Source of the DNA: Alistipes sp.
GTDB taxonomy: Bacteria > Bacteroidota > Bacteroidia > Bacteroidales > Rikenellaceae
Reading direction: 5' to 3'
DNA: 64,000 nucleotides
NCBI GenBank assembly: GCA_045653565.1
Contig: JAZOMA010000012.1
Span: forward strand, 2,553 to 66,552
In this document: positions 56,672 through 64,000 of the stretch, in pieces
Position numbering within the stretch: position 1 is the first letter of the stretch
How the letters are laid out: each line of letters opens with the position of its first letter
Notes under the pieces: generated by a model
Seen by the model: the letters and a program-made list of their open reading frames with translations, nothing else
The model's database searches: none
What the model was told of the DNA's origin: nothing
Position numbers and translations under genes: made by a program

Positions 56672-59600
56672 GTGCGCAAAGTTACAAAAATATTGTTAAG
56701 CGTGTTATCTGCAATCATTTTATTGCTGATAATTTTGCCTTTGACTCTATCTTTGACGCTCTCGGTTCCTTCGGTGCAAAACTACGCTATAGACAGGGCT
56801 GCCACCTGGGCTGGCGATAAACTCGGCACCAATGTTAGCATCGGAAAAATCACTATAGGTCTTTTCAATCGTGTTACGGTCCGCGATTTCTATGTTTCGG
56901 ATTGGGACAACGATACCCTACTTTATGTTAAGCGTGCAGATGCCTATATTTCGTCGTTGGCATCGTTGGCGAAAAAGAATTTGGTTATCAACTACGGAAA
57001 TGTGAGTGGCGGTAAGTTGGTTGTGCGAGAGACCGAACGTGGTACATATGCAATCAAAGAGATTACTGACCAACTCGTAAGACGTGATCGCAAGAGTGAT
57101 TTTGTGTTGAACATCAACTCGTTGGATGCTTCGGGTGTGGAGTTCCAGCTGCTGCGCAGAGTGCCAAAGCGTGAGCAAGGAATAGACTTTGGCGATATGC
57201 AACTCTTCGATATCGCGGCGCATCTGTACGACTTTTCGGTTGACAGGGGTGCAGTTGAGTCGATGATAGAAAATCTGTCGTTTGTGGAGCGTAGTGGTTT
57301 CGAGTTGACCAAGATGGATGGACACTTCTATGTTTACGAAGGTCAAATCATAGTGGACAACTCTCGCTTCGAAACGGCGCAGAGTCGTATAAATCTCGAC
57401 TATCTCCACCTCGACGGCAAAGATTGGTTGGAGTATCGCGACTACATAAATGTAGTGCAGATGGATTGCCGTGTTAGCGATTGCACGCTCACGTCGGACG
57501 ATTTAGGCTACTTCGGTCCTGCAATGTGGCGTTGGAATACATCTATACACAACGCTACAATGTCGATGAAGGGTACGGTGGCAGACTTTGAGGGTCGAGT
57601 TGTGAGTGCTTCGCTCGAGGATGGTGGCGTAATAAAGGCTACGGGACGAGTTAAAGGCCTAATCGATGTTGAAAAGACACGATTTGATATAAATATAGAT
57701 AGAGTTAAGGCTTCGACTCACGAACTGGTTAAAGTTGTCGGAAATATTGCGGACCTCTCGCTCGGCGAGAATGTAATGCAGTATGTAGATCGCGTGCGAG
57801 GAATTGATGCTACGGGCAAGTTTCGAGGCACCATTCGCAACTTCGAGGCGAAAGCCAACACTCATTTACTCTGCGGTGGAGATGTAAAGTTGAAGTGCGA
57901 AATGCAGAACCCTGCCAATGAGCGTAAGAGCGTGGATGCAACGGTGCAGGCTACAAACCTCGATTTATCGAAAATTCTGGCTACATCGGTGGTTGGCAAA
58001 ACCTCGTTGTCTGCCGATGTTGTAATGTCGCTTGGCGAGGATGCTCCGCTCGAGTTGGTGGGTACCGGTCAGGTGGATAGTTTGATGCTCAATGGCTACA
58101 ACTACAGCAATTTGAGTGTTTCGGCAGAGATTAAGGACAACAACATAGCCGGAGTTCTGTCGGCAGATGATAAGGCGTTAAAGTTCGATGCACAAGCGTT
58201 GCTCGCCCTCGAGGATAAATCGTTGCCTCGCTACGATGCCGTGATGACCATAGAGCGTGCAGATCTCCACGCTATGAACATAAATAAACGTGATTCAATC
58301 TCTGTGCTGAACTGTAACGTCGGTTTGACGGCGGAAGGAAAAACGCTGGATGAGATGAATGGCGTGCTGCAAATTGCGGATGCGGAGTACGAAACTGTTG
58401 GTGGTCGTGGTTGTAATGCCGACTTAATCAAACTCTCGATTTTGAGCGATGAGGATGCGCGAACATTGGCTCTTGAGTCAGATTTTGCCGATGCAGTTTT
58501 CGAGAGTCGCACTCCGTACAAAGATGTGCTATACTATCTGAAGAACCTTTTGGTGCAGTATACCCCACTTTTGTACGACGAGAAGGCGCGTCAGAATATC
58601 GATATGCAGGTTGCGAAAATTGGCGACGAGATTGCGATTTTGTCGGTCACAACAAAGGATATCGATTCATTGCTCGGATGTATCACCGATGGTTTGGAGA
58701 TGGCTGAAGGCTCTACGGTAGAGTTATTAGTAAGTCCATCGGACAATCGCTTCTTGATGCACGCATCGTCCGAGTATCTGATGCACTCGAACTATCTCGC
58801 TACAAATATTGATGTGAAGGCGAGCAATGAGGGCGATTCGCTCTCGATGTCTATGGCGGCGAAAGATCTCTATGCTGGAGCATTTCACTTCTCGGGTGTA
58901 GATGTTAACGGTGCAGCAAAGGATAATAAGATATCGTTGGATGCTATGTTTGCCGACTCGTTGTGTGATTTGCAAGGAGAACTCTCGGCTTCGGCACAGA
59001 TATCACGAAAGAATAACGCGCGCAGTCTGCTCGTGAACCTCAATAAATCGTCGGTACGCAGTGGTGATGCCGAGTGGGATATCACTACTGATGGTATCGA
59101 GATGGATTCGGCAAAGATTGATATCCGTCGTTTTGCCGTACGTAGCGATTCGCAAGAGTTGTATATAAATGGTATTGCTTCGCGTAGCGACAAAGATTCG
59201 GTCTATATGAATCTACGAAACTTCTCGCTGGCTCCATTCACGCAGATAACCAATCAAATCGGATATGTCGTAGATGGCCGTACAAGCGGATATGCAACGG
59301 TACACTCGGCTTTGAAGGCCTCTCGCATAGATGCCCGCATCGAAATGGATAGCGTGAGCGTCAGCGGCATCGATGTACCAGATTTATTGCTCGTTTCGCA
59401 ATGGGACTTTGGCCGTAGTCGTGCAACGCTGGATATTACTACAAGAAAGGATAACAAGCGTGTTATTCAGGGCTATTTTGCTCCGTCGCAGATGCGTTAT
59501 TACGCCCGTATGAATACCGATGGTGTAAAGATGAGTCTTTTGGATCCTGTGTTGAAGGGAATAATCTCCGATACTGCGGGCGAGGCATCGGTGGATATAA

Positions 59601-61213
59601 ACATCAGCGGCGTAGGTCGTATGGCGGAGTTGAAGGGCGAAATTGAGGTTGACAGCCTCGCCACGACGATTGACTACACCCGTTGTCGCTACTTTGCACC
59701 GAAAGCAACCGTTAGTGTTCACAACAATCGCCTCATCGCAAAGAATGTGGCTATATCGGATAGACACGGTCACAAGGGCGAGATGTCGATGGATGTGTCG
59801 TTGGCTCACCTCTCGAATATTGAGTACAATATCGACGTTCAGGCTCGCAATATGGAGGTGTTGAACACTACCGAGCGCGATAATTCGATGTTCTATGGCT
59901 CGATATTCGCCACTGGTACAGGTACGGTGCGTGGCGATAAGGCTGGCGTAAAGATGGACTTTGTGGCGCACAGCGACGACAACTCCAAACTCTATATGCC
60001 ACTGACCGACAATAGCGACATCTCGACGGCAGACTTCGTGAAGTTTGCAACCAAAGAGCGTGATACAACATCGTACCTCGCTCGCAAGAAGATGCAGTTC
60101 GAGAATAGACAGAAACGACGCACTTCGAGTGGTGGCGCAATGGATATAACTCTCTCGTTGGATATTCGTCCAAATGCTGAGATGCAGTTGGTTATCGACC
60201 CAACCGTTGGCGATATTATTAAGGGTTCGGGCGAAGGTCAACTCAATATGCGAATCAACCCAACGGCCAACATATTCGAGATGTATGGCGACTATACCAT
60301 CACAAAAGGTAGTTACCTCTTCACGTTGCAGAGCGTAATCAATAAGTGGTTTGATATTGAGCCGGGCTCGACTATTCAGTGGTCGGGCGATCCGTTGGAT
60401 GCGATATTGAATATTGACGCCGTCTACAAACTTAAGGCGTCGTTGCAACCGCTTTTGGAGGGCTCGCTCACCGAGAGCAACCGCTCAACCCGTGCGGTGC
60501 CAGTCGAGTGCTTTATACATTTGACTGATAGATTGATGCAGCCTACGGTAACATTCGATATCGTTGTGCCGAGTGCCGATTCGGAGGTACAAAGCCTTAT
60601 CGCAAGTGCGTTGGCTACCCCGGAGAGTAAGTCGCAGCAATTCCTCTATTTGATTGTGGCAAATAGTTTTATATCGGAGTCTTCGAACGCTATGTCCTCG
60701 ACAATGGGTGCCTCGGCAACTGCTGCAACGGGATTTGAGATGTTGTCTAACCAGTTTAGCAACTGGCTTTCGAGCGACGACTACAAGATTGTCCTCCGCT
60801 ACCGCCCTCGCACCGAGCAGATGAGCGACGAGGTAGACTTCGGCTTCTCGAAGGGTTTGGTTGACAATCGCCTTCTGATTGAGTTGGAGGGTAACTATAT
60901 TGTGGATAAGACGCAGGTTGTAAATGCTAACTCCAACTTTACAGGCGAGGCATATCTGACCTGGTTGATAGACCGCGCTGGAACGCTTCGTTTGAAGGGC
61001 TTTACCCACACGATAGACCGCTTTGACGAAAACCAAGGTTTGCAGGAGACAGGTATCGGAATCTACTTTAAGGAGGATTTCAACAATGCTAAAGATTTGC
61101 GTATGCGTCTGAAAAACCGATTCAAACGCGATAAGAGACGCGAAGATGAAAATTCGACAAAACTGAAAGACAAACAAAAAGATAATAAACAATTAAAAAA
61201 GAAAAGATTATGA
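56672..61213 (+). CDS. Translocation/assembly module TamB-domain protein
   Basis: N-terminal TM anchor, 1513-aa beta-rich body, C-terminal GDYTITKGSY...WSGDPLDA.LNI.AVY. Confidence 0.85.
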   Translation: MRKVTKILLSVLSAIILLLIILPLTLSLTLSVPSVQNYAIDRAATWAGDKLGTNVSIGKITIGLFNRVTVRDFYVSDWDNDTLLYVKRADAYISSLASLAKKNLVINYGNVSGGKLVVRETERGTYAIKEITDQLVRRDRKSDFVLNINSLDASGVEFQLLRRVPKREQGIDFGDMQLFDIAAHLYDFSVDRGAVESMIENLSFVERSGFELTKMDGHFYVYEGQIIVDNSRFETAQSRINLDYLHLDGKDWLEYRDYINVVQMDCRVSDCTLTSDDLGYFGPAMWRWNTSIHNATMSMKGTVADFEGRVVSASLEDGGVIKATGRVKGLIDVEKTRFDINIDRVKASTHELVKVVGNIADLSLGENVMQYVDRVRGIDATGKFRGTIRNFEAKANTHLLCGGDVKLKCEMQNPANERKSVDATVQATNLDLSKILATSVVGKTSLSADVVMSLGEDAPLELVGTGQVDSLMLNGYNYSNLSVSAEIKDNNIAGVLSADDKALKFDAQALLALEDKSLPRYDAVMTIERADLHAMNINKRDSISVLNCNVGLTAEGKTLDEMNGVLQIADAEYETVGGRGCNADLIKLSILSDEDARTLALESDFADAVFESRTPYKDVLYYLKNLLVQYTPLLYDEKARQNIDMQVAKIGDEIAILSVTTKDIDSLLGCITDGLEMAEGSTVELLVSPSDNRFLMHASSEYLMHSNYLATNIDVKASNEGDSLSMSMAAKDLYAGAFHFSGVDVNGAAKDNKISLDAMFADSLCDLQGELSASAQISRKNNARSLLVNLNKSSVRSGDAEWDITTDGIEMDSAKIDIRRFAVRSDSQELYINGIASRSDKDSVYMNLRNFSLAPFTQITNQIGYVVDGRTSGYATVHSALKASRIDARIEMDSVSVSGIDVPDLLLVSQWDFGRSRATLDITTRKDNKRVIQGYFAPSQMRYYARMNTDGVKMSLLDPVLKGIISDTAGEASVDINISGVGRMAELKGEIEVDSLATTIDYTRCRYFAPKATVSVHNNRLIAKNVAISDRHGHKGEMSMDVSLAHLSNIEYNIDVQARNMEVLNTTERDNSMFYGSIFATGTGTVRGDKAGVKMDFVAHSDDNSKLYMPLTDNSDISTADFVKFATKERDTTSYLARKKMQFENRQKRRTSSGGAMDITLSLDIRPNAEMQLVIDPTVGDIIKGSGEGQLNMRINPTANIFEMYGDYTITKGSYLFTLQSVINKWFDIEPGSTIQWSGDPLDAILNIDAVYKLKASLQPLLEGSLTESNRSTRAVPVECFIHLTDRLMQPTVTFDIVVPSADSEVQSLIASALATPESKSQQFLYLIVANSFISESSNAMSSTMGASATAATGFEMLSNQFSNWLSSDDYKIVLRYRPRTEQMSDEVDFGFSKGLVDNRLLIELEGNYIVDKTQVVNANSNFTGEAYLTWLIDRAGTLRLKGFTHTIDRFDENQGLQETGIGIYFKEDFNNAKDLRMRLKNRFKRDKRREDENSTKLKDKQKDNKQLKKKRL

Positions 61214-61908
61214 TTAAACTTTTGAGTGCGAATCTCACCGATTCGTTGAATGTTGCAGCAGAAAAAGCAACCGAGAAGGCTGCCGAAATGTCACTTTGGG
61301 ACCTATTCAATGGCGGAGGTTGGTTGATGTGGGTGCTTTTGATATTGGGAGGCGCCACAATCTTCATCTTCGTCGAGCGTTTTGTTGCTATACACCGCGC
61401 ACAGCGTCTTGATATGAACTTTATGAATCGTATCAGAGCCTTTGTTGTTGACGGCAAGGTTAAGGAGGCTATCGCATACTGCCACAAAGTTGACACCCCT
61501 ATTGCTCGAATGGTTGAGAAGGGCTTGGAGCGTTTGGGTCGTCCGATGAGCGATGTTCAGAGCGCAATCGAGAATGTTGCAAATTTGGAGGTTTCGAAGT
61601 TGGAGAATGGTCTTCCATTCCTCGCAACCATTGCCGGAGGTGCGCCAATGATTGGTTTTTTGGGTACTGTTCTCGGTATGGTGCGTACATTTATGGATAT
61701 GTCTGCTGCTGGTGGTACCGTCGATATGGCGTTGCTTTCGGGTGGTATGTATGTGGCTATGGTTACAACCGTTGGTGGTCTTATCGTGGGTATTCCTGCA
61801 TACTTCGGCTACAACTACTTGGTGGCTCGTATCGAGAAGTTGGTATTCCGTATGGAGTCTAACTCAATCGCATTTATGGATATTCTAAACCAACCTGCTC
61901 AAAAATAG
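61210..61908 (+). CDS. exbB: MotA/TolQ/ExbB proton channel protein
   Basis: GGWLM, LATIAGGAPMIGFLGTVLGM, AMVTTVGGL. Confidence 0.9.
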   Translation: MIKLLSANLTDSLNVAAEKATEKAAEMSLWDLFNGGGWLMWVLLILGGATIFIFVERFVAIHRAQRLDMNFMNRIRAFVVDGKVKEAIAYCHKVDTPIARMVEKGLERLGRPMSDVQSAIENVANLEVSKLENGLPFLATIAGGAPMIGFLGTVLGMVRTFMDMSAAGGTVDMALLSGGMYVAMVTTVGGLIVGIPAYFGYNYLVARIEKLVFRMESNSIAFMDILNQPAQK

Positions 61909-61914
61909 TGAATT

Positions 61915-62319
61915 ATGGCAATTAAGAGAGGTTCAAAAGTCGATAAGTCGTTCTCATCTTCGGCGATGACCGACCTGATGTTCCTTTTGCTGATATTTAT
62001 GCTCATAGCAACCACTCTCATCAACCCAAATGCGTTGAAGTTAGAGTTGCCCAAGAGTTCGAATCAGTTGAAGGATAAGGCTGTTACGACCGTTTCGATT
62101 GAGCAGAAGGGTGCGAAGTATCTCTACTATGTAGAGCTCGAGCCTGTGGCTACAATCGCCGATGTGGAGAGTTTGTTGAAGGCTCGTTTGCAAGGTCAGG
62201 AGTCCCCTACCGTTTCGTTGCATTGCGATAAGAAAGTGGCAGTAGACGAGGTGGTTAAGGTTATGAACATCGCCAAAGATAATGGCTATAAGTTGATTCT
62301 CGCAACACAGGCAAATTAA
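61915..62319 (+). CDS. exbD: Biopolymer transporter ExbD
   Basis: AMTDLMFLLLIFMLI, LELPKS, CDKKV. Confidence 0.9.
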   Translation: MAIKRGSKVDKSFSSSAMTDLMFLLLIFMLIATTLINPNALKLELPKSSNQLKDKAVTTVSIEQKGAKYLYYVELEPVATIADVESLLKARLQGQESPTVSLHCDKKVAVDEVVKVMNIAKDNGYKLILATQAN

Positions 62320-62325
62320 GAGGGT

Positions 62326-63000
62326 ATGAATTCTAAAATTTACGCTTTCATATTTTCAGCTTTGTATGTGGCGTCGTTAGTAGTGTCTTTTGTCTGCGTT
62401 AGTGTTCCTATCGAGCCAGCAGAGAAGTCCGCAAGCGACATCATATACATAGAGTATGTGAAGCCGGAACCCCCTCCACCACCAAAGCCAAAGCCTGTGC
62501 CAAAGGTTACGCAGGCTCCCAAGCACGAAAAACTGGCACCTAAGGATAATATGCAACAAACCGAGGGTAAAGCCGAGGAGACTCGTACCGTAAACAAACG
62601 CGCGTTGTTTCAGCAGTCGAAAGCGGGTGTGGATAAGGCAGAGAATATCGGCAACGACAGAGCAAAGCAAGATACCGTTTTGACGGCATCGGGCGTTGGT
62701 CGTGGGTTGAATCCGATTGGAAATGTAGAACTCGACGAGGGTTTGCAAGGTCGTGGTATTATTGGCGATTTGCCTGCTCCAAGCAATGCCAATGTAACTC
62801 GCTCGGGCAAAATTGTCATTAGAGTGGTGGTAGATAAGACCGGAAAGGTTCTTTCTGCAACATACGAGCCAAAAGGCTCGACCATTCAAGATAGCAAGAT
62901 GGTAGAGGATTCGCAGGCTGCGGCAAAAAAGACAATATTTGCAGAGGCCGAAGCATATACCCAAGGTGGCATCATTACCTATAAGTTTAATTTGAAATAG
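62326..63000 (+). CDS. TonB-family energy transducer
   Basis: N-terminal TM, Pro/Lys-rich linker, C-terminal GKIVIRVVVDKTGKV...GIITYKF; follows exbBD. Confidence 0.8.
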   Translation: MNSKIYAFIFSALYVASLVVSFVCVSVPIEPAEKSASDIIYIEYVKPEPPPPPKPKPVPKVTQAPKHEKLAPKDNMQQTEGKAEETRTVNKRALFQQSKAGVDKAENIGNDRAKQDTVLTASGVGRGLNPIGNVELDEGLQGRGIIGDLPAPSNANVTRSGKIVIRVVVDKTGKVLSATYEPKGSTIQDSKMVEDSQAAAKKTIFAEAEAYTQGGIITYKFNLK

Positions 63001-63003
63001 AGT

Positions 63004-63399
63004 ATGCGATTTTTGTCGGCAATAGTATGTTGTGCGATGGTGATATTGCCTTTGTGCGCCGAGGGACAAACAAAGGTTGATGGTGCGCATATTCGATTTG
63101 CCCACTCGGAGTGGGATTTTAAGAACATTCAACTTGGAGGAGAAAACCCCGTTTGCACATTTCGCTTCGTGAACGATGGAACGGAGCCGTTGGTTGTTTT
63201 TGCTACGGCGACGACGTGCAAATGCGTGCAGACCGAATTTTCGCGAAAACCTATTGCTGTGGGAGAGAGTGGCGAGATAAGGGTGATAATCGACACAAAG
63301 AAATTGGATAAAGGGGTCTTTCGTCGTGTGATTCAAGTTCGTTCCAACTCGGTTGGAGGAGTGGAGAATTTGACGATAGAAGGCGTAGCAAAAGAGTAA
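63004..63399 (+). CDS. DUF1573 domain-containing protein
   Basis: WDFKNI..FRFVNDGTEPLVV..TTCKC. Confidence 0.82.
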   Translation: MRFLSAIVCCAMVILPLCAEGQTKVDGAHIRFAHSEWDFKNIQLGGENPVCTFRFVNDGTEPLVVFATATTCKCVQTEFSRKPIAVGESGEIRVIIDTKKLDKGVFRRVIQVRSNSVGGVENLTIEGVAKE

Positions 63400-63403
63400 A
63401 ATT

Positions 63404-64000
63404 ATGAGCGTTGTAATTCGTTTTTCGGGCGATTCGGGCGATGGAATGCAGATGGTAGGCAATCTCTTTTCGGAGAGTGCAGCATTTGCGGGCTATGGAG
63501 TCTTTACCTTCCCCGACTACCCTGCCGAAGTTCGCGCACCTCAAGGTACGGTTGCGGGAGTTTCGGGCTTTCAAGTGCATTTCGATTCGCATATGGTTGC
63601 TCACGAGGGCGACAAGTGTTCGATATTGGTGGCTATGAACCCTGCGGCATTGGTGGCGCATCGCAAGTATGCAACCGCTACGGCTACAATACTACTCGAT
63701 AGTGACAACTTTACGAAAGAGTCGGTCGAGAAGTTGGGCTACAACATCGAAACCATCGTTGAAGAGTTGAGTATGACTGAGTGCAACATCGTGGAGGCAC
63801 CAATTACACAGATGACGCTCGATGCAGTTGCGGAGTTCGGAATGGATCGAAAGTCGGCACTGAAGTGTCGCAATATGGTTGTGCTGGGCGTAACGCTCGG
63901 AATGTACGACATATCGACAGAGTATGCCGAGAAGTTCTTGGTAAAGAAGTTTGCTGCGAAGAATGAAGTGGTTTGCAAGGCAAATATTGCGGCATTGCAC
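63404..64000 (+). CDS. 2-oxoacid:acceptor oxidoreductase subunit alpha (partial)
   Basis: Not in the ORF track. Hand translation gives MSVVIRFSGDSGDGMQMVG...TFPDYPAEVRAPQGT...LVAMNPAAL, apparently continuing to the window end. Confidence 0.93.
   Translation, partial: MSVVIRFSGDSGDGMQMVGNLFSESAAFAGYGVFTFPDYPAEVRAPQGTVAGVSGFQVHFDSHMVAHEGDKCSILVAMNPAALVAHRKYATATATILLDSDNFTKESVEKLGYNIETIVEELSMTECNIVEAPITQMTLDAVAEFGMDRKSALKCRNMVVLGVTLGMYDISTEYAEKFLVKKFAAKNEVVCKANIAALH

Overview
Core-genome window of a Bacteroidota anaerobe, probably Rikenellaceae/Alistipes-like (inferred from TAnnTTTG -7 promoter boxes, A-rich non-SD start contexts and gene content). It holds lgt, a PhoR-like kinase, ruvB, nfnAB, guaBA divergent from purE-L-F-M-H-D-folD-purB, a GH20 enzyme, dusB, miaA, a porin-potABCD operon, uvrA, tsaD, tamB-exbBD-tonB, a 2-oxoacid oxidoreductase alpha subunit, four tRNAs and several accessory surface proteins. 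I found no transposase, integrase, reverse transcriptase or CRISPR array. The unusual content is non-coding and appears as homologous copies with compensatory base changes. (1) A uORF-plus-terminator leader shared by the guaB and purE operons does not match the purine-related riboswitches I know and is a candidate new purine attenuator. (2) A leader motif shared by two lipoprotein genes has one copy carrying a switch-like antisense insert. (3) A ~200-nt four-way-junction element lies about 60 nt behind both tRNA-Val and tRNA-Leu. (4) Three ~125-bp palindromes are fused to TAA stops in the pur operon. (5) Heptamer arrays sit in the same register at four promoters. In addition, PurF and GuaA both lack glutaminase catalytic residues, and one FGE-domain gene ends in a DGR-like variable region. 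All folds and alignments were made by eye.
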